Sequence record: DRR723986_576 | DNA length: 64,000 nucleotides | Strand: one strand, 5' to 3' | Part shown: one piece after another, positions 19,113 to 29,367 of the stretch | Layout: each line of letters starts with the position of its first letter | Numbering within the stretch: the first letter of the stretch is position 1 | Notes under the pieces: model-generated | Database searches by the model: none | Seen by the model: only the letters and a program-made list of their open reading frames with translations | Told to the model about the DNA's origin: nothing | Translations under genes and position numbers: made by a program

Positions 19113-20228
19113 ATGGACAACGACAGACTGTCGCAGCTCATTGGAGAGCTCTATCGCCACGCGGATCAGGCAGACGGCTGGCTAGCCTTTTTCTCACTGC
19201 TGGAATCGGACATTCCCACCCGCTCTACCACCTTAATGCTGGAAAACACGCAGGAAAAAAACGGCGACGTTATGCTGAACCGGCATATCGACGAGAGCGA
19301 TATGCAAAGCTATATCGATTACTACCTCAAGCGGGATGTCTGGTCGGCCGAGCTGATTAAACGCCCGCCGAAAAAATTTCACGGCAGTCAGGAACTGTCG
19401 GACAAAGCCTTGCTAGCCTCTGAATTCTACGCCGACTATGCACGCCCCGCCGATGTTCGCCATGCTTGCGGCGCTTATATAGAAGACCCAAGTCAGGGGC
19501 GGGCGTTTCGCGTTACCCTGCAACGCAGCCACAGTCACCAGCCCTTTAGTCGCGACGAGCTGACCTCTCTGGATGCCTTTGTCCCCCATATTCAGAACGC
19601 GCTGGCCATTCACAAGCGCAATATCGATGGCGAAATTACCCGCATGGGCCTGGAGGCGGTAGGACGAATTGTCGATAGCGCGGCCTTCTTACTCAGCCCA
19701 AGGGGCGAACTGCTGTCTCACAACAGCATGGCAGAAGCGCTACTGAAACGTGGCATTGCCCTGCATCGCGGTCGTCAACTGCGTTTCAACCACCCACAGC
19801 TGGATCGTCACGCCGCGCAACTTTTCAATGACTTGATGGCGTTTACCGACAATAAACAACGCCAAGCGCGCCGCTTTGCCCGAATTGGCGACAGCGACAA
19901 TGGCTATCAAATGAGTGTGGAACCCTGGCTGATTCCGTCGATACGGCCCGGTTACCAGGAGCTTGGCGCACTGCTGCAGCTCAAACCCAACACCTTGCGC
20001 AGTCAATTGAGCCACCAGGGCTTGCGCAAGCTATTCGGCCTTACCGCTAGCGAGGCCAGCGTTATTCAGGGCCTGGCAGACGGCTGCTCAGCGGCAGCCA
20101 TTGCCCAGCAACTGGGGGTGAAAGAAAGCACCGTGCGCAGCCACATTAAATCCAGCTACCAAAAGCTGGGCGTGGGCAAACAGTCGGAACTGCTAAGCGT
20201 GGTGTTTTCTTCCCTGGCCCGGCTTTAA
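19113..20228 (+). CDS. LuxR-family HTH transcriptional regulator with N-terminal GAF/PAS-like sensor region
   Basis: C-terminal FGLTASEASV...IAQQLGVKESTVRSHIKSSYQKLGVGKQSEL; no receiver domain. Start could alternatively be 19089. Confidence 0.88.
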   Translation: MDNDRLSQLIGELYRHADQADGWLAFFSLLESDIPTRSTTLMLENTQEKNGDVMLNRHIDESDMQSYIDYYLKRDVWSAELIKRPPKKFHGSQELSDKALLASEFYADYARPADVRHACGAYIEDPSQGRAFRVTLQRSHSHQPFSRDELTSLDAFVPHIQNALAIHKRNIDGEITRMGLEAVGRIVDSAAFLLSPRGELLSHNSMAEALLKRGIALHRGRQLRFNHPQLDRHAAQLFNDLMAFTDNKQRQARRFARIGDSDNGYQMSVEPWLIPSIRPGYQELGALLQLKPNTLRSQLSHQGLRKLFGLTASEASVIQGLADGCSAAAIAQQLGVKESTVRSHIKSSYQKLGVGKQSELLSVVFSSLARL

Positions 20229-20585
20229 TTAGCGGTTCAGTACGTCGTCGCGCACACTTTCCGCAATATTGGCCACTTCCTGAATATCACTGTCGCCCAC
20301 GCCCAGCTCTGACAGCGTGGCGGCCAAGTCTTCAACAACGGCGTTGAAGTGCTCATCGTTCAAGCCCATACCGGCGTGTGCGTTGCGCATGTCCTCACCG
20401 GTGTAATCATTGGGGCCACCAAACACCATGGTTAAGAAGGCTTTCTGTTTGCGGGCCTGGGCGAACATATCAATATTTTCAAAGAAGCTATTGATGCGCT
20501 CATCTGCCAGCACCTTTTCGTAAAAAATATCCACGGCCTTGTCTACCGCTGCTTCGCCACCTATGCGCTCATATAGTGTTGTCAT
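20229..20585 (-). CDS. Group I truncated haemoglobin (trHbN/GlbN-like)
   Basis: TLYERIGGEAAV, FYEKVLAD, GGPNDYTG and proximal His (MRNAH); 118 aa from ATG 20585. Confidence 0.93.
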   Translation of the reverse strand: MTTLYERIGGEAAVDKAVDIFYEKVLADERINSFFENIDMFAQARKQKAFLTMVFGGPNDYTGEDMRNAHAGMGLNDEHFNAVVEDLAATLSELGVGDSDIQEVANIAESVRDDVLNR

Positions 20586-20601
20586 TATCTCTCTCCGATT
20601 A

Positions 20602-20624
20602 AAGATGCATAATAAATGCATGTT
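20602..20624. promoter_or_regulatory. NsrR binding site
   Basis: AAGATGCATAA-T-AAATGCATGTT, an 11-1-11 inverted repeat resembling the gammaproteobacterial NsrR box, between the divergent globin and Rrf2 genes. Confidence 0.8.
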
Positions 20625-20674
20625 TTGAGGCGCTATAATAGCCACGACTCCAGTGTCAGGTAAAGGGCTGATAG

Positions 20675-21100
20675 ATGAAATTAAGTAAACATACGGACTA
20701 CGCCTTTCGCAGCCTGATATTTTTGGCGGGGCAGCCGCCGGGGCAGCGCGTTACGATTCAGGATATTTGCGACTTTTACAGCATTTCCCCGAACCATGTA
20801 TCGAAGGTCATCATGCAACTGGTGCGCAGGGGTGAGGTTGAATCTGTGCGGGGGAAAGGTGGTGGTCTGAGTTTGGCTAAGGCCCCTGAGGACATCGCGC
20901 TGCTGGACATCGTAAAAGAGTTTGAAACCACTTTGCAGCCGATCAACTGTGCCGAGCAGCCCTGCAGGATTATGGGCGACTGCGCCTTACAAGGACTGCT
21001 GGGCAACGCCGTGGGCGCCTTCCTGGAAAGCCTGGCACCCTACACGCTCGCCGATATTACTAGCAGCGAGGTGCAGGTACTGCGCCTACAGGCTGATTAG
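20675..21100 (+). CDS. nsrR: Rrf2-family NO-sensing repressor
   Basis: [16 protein letters not shown] and three Fe-S Cys (C-x4-C-x5-C); cognate box upstream. Confidence 0.8.
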   Translation: MKLSKHTDYAFRSLIFLAGQPPGQRVTIQDICDFYSISPNHVSKVIMQLVRRGEVESVRGKGGGLSLAKAPEDIALLDIVKEFETTLQPINCAEQPCRIMGDCALQGLLGNAVGAFLESLAPYTLADITSSEVQVLRLQAD

Positions 21101-21822
21101 TCAGCCGGTAGCTCGGCGCTGTGGTAGATATTTTGCACATCGTCCAGCTCGTTGAGCATGTCCATGAATTTTTCAAACATGGGCATATCGTCTTGGCTGA
21201 TCGGCGCGGTGGTTTGGGGCAAAAACTGAATTTCTTCGACATCAAAATCGATGCCTTCAAACGTTTCTTGCAGTGCCTGTTTGGTCTTAAAGAATTCCGT
21301 ATGCGGCGCAAACACACTGATTTTGCCGTCTTCGCACTCGATATCGCTGACGTCCACGTCAGCCATCATTAGCGCCTCCAGCACCGCCTCTTCGTCGTCA
21401 CCGTCAAAAACAAAGATCGCAGAGTGGTCAAACATGTGGCTGACACTGCCCTGAGTACCGATCTTGCAGTTGGTTTTGGTAAACGCCAGGCGCACATCGC
21501 CAAAGGTACGGTTTGGGTTGTCGGTTAAACAATCCACAATCACCATGCAGTTGCCGGGACCAAAGCCCTCGTAGCGCGCGGGCGAGAAGTCTTCGCCGGC
21601 ACCGCCCTGCGCTTTATCCAGGGCATTTTTGATAACGTGGCTGGGGACTTGGTCTTTCTTTGCGCGGTCCAACAAACTGCGCAGAGCCAGGTTGGCATCG
21701 GGGTCTGCCCCTCCCGACTTCGCCACCACGTATATTTCGCGGCCATACTTGCTGTAGACCTTGGTTTTGGCGGCGGCCGTCTTGGCCATAGACTCTTTTC
21801 GGTTTTGGTAGGCTCTGCCCAT
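21097..21822 (-). CDS. YebC/PmpR family protein (YeeN-like branch)
   Basis: MGRAYQNRK start, [16 protein letters not shown] and DDVQNIYH. Confidence 0.93.
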   Translation of the reverse strand: MGRAYQNRKESMAKTAAAKTKVYSKYGREIYVVAKSGGADPDANLALRSLLDRAKKDQVPSHVIKNALDKAQGGAGEDFSPARYEGFGPGNCMVIVDCLTDNPNRTFGDVRLAFTKTNCKIGTQGSVSHMFDHSAIFVFDGDDEEAVLEALMMADVDVSDIECEDGKISVFAPHTEFFKTKQALQETFEGIDFDVEEIQFLPQTTAPISQDDMPMFEKFMDMLNELDDVQNIYHSAELPAD

Positions 21823-21905
21823 TACGCAGCTCCGCGTGTTGGTTAAATTAAGGTCGGCGATTTTAGCTTGCCAAAGCGCGCTCTGCCAATCGCCTGACGG
21901 TTTGG

Positions 21906-22523
21906 CTAAAACTCGAACTTCAGCGGCGCGGTGTTTTTCTGTTCCAACACCACCGGCAATCGGAAGTTTTCCGGCATGCGCTTCATAATATAGCGGCGGC
22001 CGTTGTCCACATGTTGGTAGCGCATCAATTCGCTACTCAGGTGATCAATGCGGTAAGCGTCGTAGTGCGACGGGTTCTTCGCGTTGGCCAGCTTCATACC
22101 GTCAACCATCACCCAGCCGCGAAAAATACGAAAGTACACATCCCCCGAAACGCCCCAAAAGCCCACCTCGGCCTGGCTCTCTACCCGACCGTCGGGGTGC
22201 GTGCTGCGAAAGTCTGTGCGGTAGGTGCCATCTTCGGCTCGCTCTACCAACCACTCTTTGCGAATACCGGTTTTGCTATTGGCAATGCCATACCACTTAC
22301 CCAGCAGGGCTTTGCGCGCCTGCGCGGTAGTCAGGCTGCCGCCATCTGCCGGCGCGGAACGAACGTCACCCCGAGACTCCACGGCGGGCGTGGCAGCAAG
22401 GCTGGCACCCTCAAATTCCACCTGCTGGCGGTCTACCATTGAGCTGCATGCCGACAAACTGGCTGCCAGAATGCCCGTTAACACCAGGCTGCCCAAGCCA
22501 GAGAATTTAATCATCTTGTCCAT
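21906..22523 (-). CDS. Hypothetical lipoprotein (possibly lipocalin-like barrel)
   Basis: Lipobox LSAC, followed by LLGKWYG and E.G.WG motifs. Confidence 0.65.
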   Translation of the reverse strand: MDKMIKFSGLGSLVLTGILAASLSACSSMVDRQQVEFEGASLAATPAVESRGDVRSAPADGGSLTTAQARKALLGKWYGIANSKTGIRKEWLVERAEDGTYRTDFRSTHPDGRVESQAEVGFWGVSGDVYFRIFRGWVMVDGMKLANAKNPSHYDAYRIDHLSSELMRYQHVDNGRRYIMKRMPENFRLPVVLEQKNTAPLKFEF

Positions 22524-25500
22524 CCAAACAAAGCAGGCGCTGATGAGCAGGAAAATACAGCGCCGACGAAATCGGACATTCTAACCCAGTTGCCTGCAAG
22601 GCCTCTCGGTATATCTGCATTTTATTGCTGTAGCGCTCACGCTGGGCCGCCAGAAAGGTCTCCAGAGAGCCCCGTGCCTCAGCGGTTTTATAATCGATAA
22701 TCCAACAGCGCGGTTGCTCGCCGCGATTGTCGATAAACGCGCGATCGAGAATGAGTGTTTGCCACTGTCCTGCCATCAAGCGACGAATGGTTTGTTCACT
22801 GGCCTGCCAGTCGTAACTCTCCAGAATCCACTGCCCCTGCTCACAGGCCAGTGTGTTGTCGAGTAAGTGCAGCACTCGTGCCAGACTGTCTTCCAGACCC
22901 GGCTCGGGGTGGCAATGATGGCGCAACCGCTGTCGCAATGCGCCGACCAATCTGGCGCGGTCATCTATCAGCACCCGGCTCGTTTGCTGGCGCCCCAGCC
23001 GCTCCATTAATTCGTGGAACACAATACCAACAGCGCGCTCTTCAATATTGTCTTCAAGCACCGCGTTTTCGGTCTGGCGCTGCACCCGTTGCAGCGGCGA
23101 CTCCGGGTACACCTCCGCCTGCCAGGGCGGCTGCAGTGTCACAGAAAAGTCGCGTAACCTCGGTGCCAGCGGCACTCGCAGCGGCGACGCTCCATCGCCT
23201 TCCTGCAGCAACTCGGCGGCTTCGAAGTCAGCCGACACCACCGGCCATAGCCGCGCCAGAAAACTTGCCGCATCGGGCTTGAGGTCGTCTTTACTGTTCA
23301 TTCTCGCCACGCCAAACAGGTGCAGTTCCACCTTCGCGCGGGTGAGTGCCACATAGAGCAGGCGATCCAACTCTTCACTGAGCGCCTGCTTCTGCACGCC
23401 ACACAGGTAGTCGTAAAGCCGCTGCTCATCACCGCCACTGCGCTGCGGCTTGGGGGCAAACAGCATGTGCTGTTGCAGGCGCTGCCAGGCCAATAGTGGC
23501 CGGTCATCATTGCGGCCGCGATTGCCCAGGCCCGGCAGGATCACCACATCAAACTCCAGGCCCTTGGATTTGTGAATGGTCATCAACTCCACGCGGCTGC
23601 TCGGCGGCGCGGCGAACAACCGTGCCAGCGACGATTCAAAGGCCGCGATGTCTTCGAGAATACCCGAGGGCGCGTGCTCGTCGAGCACCGCAAGCACACG
23701 GTCGATATCAGCTTGCTGGTGCGGCGCAATACAGGCCGGTCCGCCCAAGCGGTGCCAAAGGCTGCGCAGTGCCCAGCGCAGGTCGCGACTCTCCGGCCGC
23801 GAGTCCAGCCAATTCAGGGCCTCGACGAGGCGTGTGCAAACGCGCCGTCCCTCGTCACTGAGCGCGGCGTTCTCGGCACTGGCGTAGAGGGCGTCGCGCA
23901 GAGGCATTTCGGTTTCGCGCAGGCACAATAGATCGTCCCAGCTCAGGCCCACGAAGGGCGCTCGCAACAGGCCTGACCAGGCAACCTCATCGGCGTCGTG
24001 CCACAGCGCCCGCAGCATAGACAGCAGATCCATTACCGCCGGCAATTGCGCCAGGCTGTCGATATCCTGACCAGAAAAGGCAATATTGGCGGCTTTGAGA
24101 GCTGGGGTAATCTCCCGTAAGTGACTGCGGCCGCGCACCAGGATAGCGATACTCGCCTCGGGCGTTTCCCTCTGCACACGCTGGATAATTTCCACCACGT
24201 CCTCTGCCTCGCGGCGGGCGGCACTGGCGCTAGCATCGACATCTTTAGCCACCGCAATCGGGTGAACCTGCAGTCGCCCGAGGTTTTGCCGCTGTGGCAT
24301 CGCTTCTACATAGGCACTGTCACGCTCGGCAAACAAGCCGCGAAAACAGCTGTTAACCCAGTTGACCAGGGTCGGCGATGATCGAAAGTTGGCGCGCAAC
24401 TGCAGCAAGTCGAGGGATTTTCCCGCAAAGCCGGCGGACTGGCGCAGGTCGTCAAACAGGCTGACTAAGCTGCCCCGAAAGGCGTAGATGGATTGTTGTA
24501 AGTCGCCGCAGAAGAATACCGAGCGCCCGTCATCCGGCGCCCAGTCCTGGCACAGCGCCTTGAGCAGTTCGATTTGGCTGACCGAGGTATCCTGCATTTC
24601 ATCGACAAGGATGTGCTCAATGCGATCCTCGACCAGCATGGCATCACTGACCTCCCCTGCACTTCCGGTGCGAAGGGCATGAATGGCGCGCAGGGCAATT
24701 TCACCAAAGTCGACGCCGCCGCGCTGTTCAAACACCAGCCGCAGCTGCGCCAGCAGGTAGCGCAGCGCCACGCAAAAATGCCCCACCAGCTCGCGGGAAC
24801 CGTCGGGTAAGGTAGCAGGTGGCAGCGTTGCCAGCGCCTGCCAGTGCGCCGCCAGCGCCTCCGGTTCGCTTTCCTGAGCGCGCGTCAACCAGTCTTTTGC
24901 CTGTTCGGTTCCCGGCTGGCCCTTTTTAAATTTAGCGTGCTGCACCGACCCCGGCTTATAGAGCTCACCGCTGCCTTTGCAAATACTGCGGCCCACCTCC
25001 GCCAACACCGGCAGATCCGTTACGGTAACCGCCTCCGGCTGGGGCAGCTGCGCCGCCCAACTGTGTGCATCGCAGCTACCGGACGACTCCCGGTAGGCGG
25101 CAAACAGCTCGTCGATGCCAAAATGCTTAAGCGGCGTCCAGTGGCGCTCAAACGCCTCGCTCACCAATGCCGTTAGTGCCTCGTCCATCACATCGAGGTC
25201 AGCGCTGAGGATATCTTCCTGCCATTGGTCGCGCTTGGCCAACAGGGCCGACAGCAGCGGTTGCAAGGTTTCGATGCGATTGCTGCCGTAGCGCAGCAAA
25301 CTCTCCAGCGCCTCGCGCAGCGGCGCCGGACACTGTGGGTCGTCGAGTTGACGAAATAGCTCCAGAATTGCCTCGCGGTACAGCGCCTCGCTGTCGCTAA
25401 CCGGGGCGGCGGCGCCCAAGCCTGACAGCAGAGGCAAGCGCCGCACCAGGCTGCCACAAAAGCTGTCGAAGGTGGCAATTCGCAGGCGCGCGCTATTTTC

Positions 25501-25830
25501 CAGCAGGTTCCAGCCCAAGCGGGCCTGGTGCTCACGCACCGCCAATACGGCGTCGCGAATATCGCGGTCGAACACACTGTTGATCGGCATTGCCTCTGCC
25601 GACTGCAAAGCCGCCATCACCCGCTCTTTAATCTCGCCCGCCGCTTTATTGGTGAAGGTGATGGCCACCACTTGCTCTGGGCGTTCCACACAGAGCAGGC
25701 AGCGCAGATAACGCAACAGCAGCACGCCGGTTTTTCCCGAGCCTGCGGGCGCACTGAGCAGCACCGAACGAGCGGGATCAACCGCCTGCTCGCGCTGGGA
25801 TTGATCGGGAGGGCTGAGTAGTTCGCTCAT
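22507..25830 (-). CDS. AddA-like UvrD helicase with C-terminal PD-(D/E)XK nuclease
   Basis: APAGSGKT, ITFTNKAA, LVDEMQD, GDLQQSIYAFRG, NFRS, MTIHKSKGLEFD, RLLYVALTRA; C-terminal ILDR...IIDYKT. Confidence 0.9.
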   Translation of the reverse strand: MSELLSPPDQSQREQAVDPARSVLLSAPAGSGKTGVLLLRYLRCLLCVERPEQVVAITFTNKAAGEIKERVMAALQSAEAMPINSVFDRDIRDAVLAVREHQARLGWNLLENSARLRIATFDSFCGSLVRRLPLLSGLGAAAPVSDSEALYREAILELFRQLDDPQCPAPLREALESLLRYGSNRIETLQPLLSALLAKRDQWQEDILSADLDVMDEALTALVSEAFERHWTPLKHFGIDELFAAYRESSGSCDAHSWAAQLPQPEAVTVTDLPVLAEVGRSICKGSGELYKPGSVQHAKFKKGQPGTEQAKDWLTRAQESEPEALAAHWQALATLPPATLPDGSRELVGHFCVALRYLLAQLRLVFEQRGGVDFGEIALRAIHALRTGSAGEVSDAMLVEDRIEHILVDEMQDTSVSQIELLKALCQDWAPDDGRSVFFCGDLQQSIYAFRGSLVSLFDDLRQSAGFAGKSLDLLQLRANFRSSPTLVNWVNSCFRGLFAERDSAYVEAMPQRQNLGRLQVHPIAVAKDVDASASAARREAEDVVEIIQRVQRETPEASIAILVRGRSHLREITPALKAANIAFSGQDIDSLAQLPAVMDLLSMLRALWHDADEVAWSGLLRAPFVGLSWDDLLCLRETEMPLRDALYASAENAALSDEGRRVCTRLVEALNWLDSRPESRDLRWALRSLWHRLGGPACIAPHQQADIDRVLAVLDEHAPSGILEDIAAFESSLARLFAAPPSSRVELMTIHKSKGLEFDVVILPGLGNRGRNDDRPLLAWQRLQQHMLFAPKPQRSGGDEQRLYDYLCGVQKQALSEELDRLLYVALTRAKVELHLFGVARMNSKDDLKPDAASFLARLWPVVSADFEAAELLQEGDGASPLRVPLAPRLRDFSVTLQPPWQAEVYPESPLQRVQRQTENAVLEDNIEERAVGIVFHELMERLGRQQTSRVLIDDRARLVGALRQRLRHHCHPEPGLEDSLARVLHLLDNTLACEQGQWILESYDWQASEQTIRRLMAGQWQTLILDRAFIDNRGEQPRCWIIDYKTAEARGSLETFLAAQRERYSNKMQIYREALQATGLECPISSALYFPAHQRLLCLDGQDD

Positions 25831-28472
25831 TATTCGTCCTCCGAAGTGGCGCTATCGCGCAGTAGCGGCAGCAGGTACGCACTAAAGCTGCGATCCAATT
25901 GCGTGCTGTAATCGTGGGCGATATTGCCCGCCAAAATGCCCTCCGCCATGCTTTGCAGGGCGCCTTCCCAGGCGCGAAGTTCGGCCTGCCACTTTTCGGG
26001 GCTGTCGACATCATTGCCGTGGGCCTTTTTGGCAATAACACTGTTGGCCCAGTTGCTGCGCATATGCACTTTCAAGTCGTCGGGGCTGCGCAGCTGGGCC
26101 AGCATCACCCCATCGACGGGGCTATCTTCGCTCGCGGCCAGCGCATAAATAGGCAGTTGCGGCTCAGTCAACGAGTCACTATTGAGCGCCTTGCCATCAA
26201 TGCTGCCGGTTTTGTAATCGATAACAAGGCGCTTGTCGCCGATGCGATCAATGCGGTCGATGCGAAGCTTTAGCGGAATTCCCATTAACTGGGTATCCAT
26301 TGCCGTTTCCAGGGCAACGACCTCAAAGTCCTGCAGGCGCGCTTTCTCCTTGTATTCCAGCCAATGGCTAATCAGCGCCACCACACGCGTCTTTTCAAGT
26401 TGCATCAGCGACTCGCCAAAGCGTTGCGGGTTGATTTCCGAGCCCTGCAAGGCCTCGTCCACACACTGCGCCACCAGCCGCTCTATCCCGGCAAAGTCCA
26501 GTGCGTCCAGCGCAGCCTTGCCCCCCAAGCGCTGCCACACTTTTTCCAGGCTGTCGTGAACCAAAATCCCCTGCAGGCGATGATCCAGGCCCTCTGCGGG
26601 CCGGGGAAATTCCTTGAGCCGCAAACGGTATTTTAAAAAGGCCAGAAAGGGGCTCTGAGCGTATTCTTTAAACAAACCACTGCCGCCGCGCAACCGCGCC
26701 CGCTGCTCCGGGGCCACCGGGCGTACCTCATCTGACTGCGGATGTGTTAACTGCCCCTGACAGCGAACCGGCAACTCCCCATCGGCCATCTCTGCCGCGG
26801 CCATCGCCGGCAGCAAACTACAAGGCGCCCGGGGTGTGCCGCTGGGGTCTTCGCCTGCATAGCTGCACATCAACACCGGGGCGCTGCGCAATATCTCTGC
26901 AAGCAAGGCGCGATCGCGCTGCAAACACATGCCGGGCTCACAGCCATCAACCTGCGCCTGGCGCTGCAGGTGCAGCGGTAAAAACGGTGACGGTTCAGCG
27001 CGGCGCGGCAGAGCTGCATCATCGAGCCCAGCGATCCAGGCGCCGTCGAAGTGCAGGCCGAGAGCCTCCTCGTACTGCAAGACCCGTATGCGGGCCGGGC
27101 TTCGCCTGCTGACGGCGAAGCGTTTGGTGGTCAGAATATGCTGCAGCCAGTGCAGGGCATCGCTATGAGCAACCTCCCCCAACTGGCGATCCAAGGCGCG
27201 AAACACATCCATCGCCTGACTAAAACCGCGGCGACAGTCTGCAACCACGGGGTCATCGCTGTCAGCATTCGGCCACCCCGCCGCCAACAGCATTTGGTCG
27301 AAACTGCGCACCCAGGCCGAGGGCAGCTGCCGCGACGGCTGCGCGCTAATGTGCGAGTGCAAGGCCTGCAAAACATCGACCCCGGCGTCCTCGCCAAAGT
27401 ACGGCGCCAAGGCCAGCATGTCGCCAAGCTGACATTGCACCGCTAAGCGGTCGCGACAGAAACGATCATACTGTGCGCGCGGCTGGCGCATGGCTGGCCA
27501 GTCCGCCACAAAGCGGCTGCGCAACACGCGACTCAGCTGCTCCAAGGGCAGTGCGCCCTGACGCAGAGAGATCACATCCCAAGCCGCCCGAATGAGTGGA
27601 TACGCATATAGGCTCTCGCTGCCCTCAAAGGCCCAGGGCGCTTCCTGCGCCTCGCCCTCGACATAGAGCGACTGCGGAAATACCCGGCGTTGCAGGGCGC
27701 GCTCAAGCGGGGCGCGGTAATTATTCATGTCGGCGACCAACACCGCCAGATTCGCCTCGGGCTGCTGCGATAGCTGCCCGGCCAACCAATTGGAAATGGC
27801 GTCGCACTCTTGCTCAAGCTGGTTCGCGCCGCACAAGCTCGGCACTGCATCAGGCGGCGTGTCGTCGAGCTGAAAACACTGCACACCCTGCGCGCGACAC
27901 TGCTCGACAAATGCGTGCGTGGCGGGTGTTAAATGCAGCAAGGGCGAGAGAATTAAACGCGCCGGCAACTGCAATAGCCCCTCGGGTAACGCGGCACTCA
28001 GCGCTGCTGGTAACTGCTCCGCACTCATCGCGTCCAGCTCGTCCAGCGCCTCCTGCATGGCGCTGCGCCAATGGAAAAAAGCCTGGTACTCGGCGGAAAA
28101 CAGGTAGTCTTCACGGTTACTGCCAAGGCAGTAGGCGGCGTGAATTTGGAAAGCATCGACAAACTGGCGAACAATGGCGAGGCTATTGAGACAGTTGGCT
28201 GGGAAGAACTCGCTGCTTTCGATGATCTTCTGCGCGATTGCCAACAGCTGAATGGGCCGCAACACCTGGCGACTGGGCAGGCTCTCGTCCCACAGTTCAG
28301 CCAACCACTGCGCAACAGGAACAACGCTCATGGTTTCCAAAAAGGCCTGATCGTGCTCGCCCCGCGCCACCGCAATGCGCTCGCGTAACTGGCGGGCACT
28401 GGCATCACTGGGCACGAGCACCACACTTTTGCCGTCGAGGTTGAGCAGCTCTTCAAAGTGTAGTGGCGTCAT
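25830..28472 (-). CDS. AddB-like inactive helicase/PD-(D/E)XK nuclease
   Basis: C-terminal GILVHDSLE and RIDRIDR...VIDYKTG...EPQLPIY; translationally coupled to the AddA-like gene. Confidence 0.85.
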   Translation of the reverse strand: MTPLHFEELLNLDGKSVVLVPSDASARQLRERIAVARGEHDQAFLETMSVVPVAQWLAELWDESLPSRQVLRPIQLLAIAQKIIESSEFFPANCLNSLAIVRQFVDAFQIHAAYCLGSNREDYLFSAEYQAFFHWRSAMQEALDELDAMSAEQLPAALSAALPEGLLQLPARLILSPLLHLTPATHAFVEQCRAQGVQCFQLDDTPPDAVPSLCGANQLEQECDAISNWLAGQLSQQPEANLAVLVADMNNYRAPLERALQRRVFPQSLYVEGEAQEAPWAFEGSESLYAYPLIRAAWDVISLRQGALPLEQLSRVLRSRFVADWPAMRQPRAQYDRFCRDRLAVQCQLGDMLALAPYFGEDAGVDVLQALHSHISAQPSRQLPSAWVRSFDQMLLAAGWPNADSDDPVVADCRRGFSQAMDVFRALDRQLGEVAHSDALHWLQHILTTKRFAVSRRSPARIRVLQYEEALGLHFDGAWIAGLDDAALPRRAEPSPFLPLHLQRQAQVDGCEPGMCLQRDRALLAEILRSAPVLMCSYAGEDPSGTPRAPCSLLPAMAAAEMADGELPVRCQGQLTHPQSDEVRPVAPEQRARLRGGSGLFKEYAQSPFLAFLKYRLRLKEFPRPAEGLDHRLQGILVHDSLEKVWQRLGGKAALDALDFAGIERLVAQCVDEALQGSEINPQRFGESLMQLEKTRVVALISHWLEYKEKARLQDFEVVALETAMDTQLMGIPLKLRIDRIDRIGDKRLVIDYKTGSIDGKALNSDSLTEPQLPIYALAASEDSPVDGVMLAQLRSPDDLKVHMRSNWANSVIAKKAHGNDVDSPEKWQAELRAWEGALQSMAEGILAGNIAHDYSTQLDRSFSAYLLPLLRDSATSEDE

Positions 28473-28563
28473 TCAGCATCCTTGTGTTGCTAATCTGGGT
28501 GTGGGTGTGGGTGTGGCCAAAGCCAGTATTATTGCAAAAGTCCGAAGCAAAAACGTCAGGCAT

Positions 28564-28592
28564 AAAAAAAGCCGCGACCAGCGCGGCTTTTT
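28564..28592. terminator. Bidirectional intrinsic terminator downstream of rpmG
   Basis: A7-GCCGCG-ACCAG-CGCGGC-T5. Confidence 0.85.
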
Positions 28593-28611
28593 GCAATCTC
28601 GCGAAGAGGCC

Positions 28612-28782
28612 TTACTTGATTTTGGCTTCTTTGTAGATCACGTGCTTGCGAACAACCGGGTCGTATTTTTTAAATTCGAACTTGTCCGGAGTGTTACGCT
28701 TGTTTTTAGTGGTCGTGTAGAAGTGACCAGTGCCCGCGCTGGAGACCAGACGGATTTTATCGCTAGCGCCTTTCTTCGCCAT
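28612..28782 (-). CDS. rpmG: 50S ribosomal protein L33 (no zinc ribbon)
   Basis: Hand translation, absent from the ORF track: [63 protein letters not shown]. Confidence 0.97.
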   Translation of the reverse strand: MAKKGASDKIRLVSSAGTGHFYTTTKNKRNTPDKFEFKKYDPVVRKHVIYKEAKIK

Positions 28783-28793
28783 GATGGTTCTCC

Positions 28794-29030
28794 TTAGTAT
28801 TTTTCGCCACGGGCGCGCAGATCAGCCAGAACTGCATCGATGCCCTTTTTGTCGATGATACGCATGCCCTTGGCAGATACGCGCAAGGTTACGAAACGTT
28901 TTTCTGCTTCAACCCAGAAACGGTGGCTGTGCAGGTTTGGCAAAAAACGACGACGGGTGCGGTTTTTTGCGTGGGATACATTGTTACCGGTTACCGGACG
29001 CTTACCAGTAACTTGACATACTCTGGACAT
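28794..29030 (-). CDS. rpmB: 50S ribosomal protein L28
   Basis: [21 protein letters not shown]...RRFLPNL. Confidence 0.98.
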   Translation of the reverse strand: MSRVCQVTGKRPVTGNNVSHAKNRTRRRFLPNLHSHRFWVEAEKRFVTLRVSAKGMRIIDKKGIDAVLADLRARGEKY

Positions 29031-29191
29031 GATTTTCCTTCGCCTCTTTAAGCTTTTTACGCAAAAAAGCCCGATGAATTCTGCTTCAAAACTTTCGCTT
29101 TAAAAAATATGGGCCGCAGCACCGGGAAAACCAGTGCCCGAATCAGGCTCGCTTGACACCGCGCAGCGGTCAGACCCAAATTGAGCGCGAC

Positions 29192-29220
29192 TTTATACCA
29201 GAAGCCTCCCCCCTAATCAA
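29192..29220 (-). promoter_or_regulatory. Sigma70 promoter of rpmBG with GC-rich discriminator
   Basis: Minus strand TTGATT-17 nt-TATAAA followed by GTCGCGC. Confidence 0.65.
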
Positions 29221-29367
29221 TGAAACTGGTGAAAAAACCAGCATTGCGGTGCAGATGTGGCGCTATCGCCATTGCCAGTTGCGTGTTAAGCTCAAATTTG
29301 TATCGCGCGCGACTAAATTCGCGCCCACACACATTTTGAGAATCAGCCCCGTGGAGGCCACCCAGTT

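Noticed and set aside
28496-28516. (TGGGTG)x3 repeat upstream of the AddB-like gene
   Set aside because: Too short for a contingency locus, only three full G-triplets, and no support as a Chi-like cluster.
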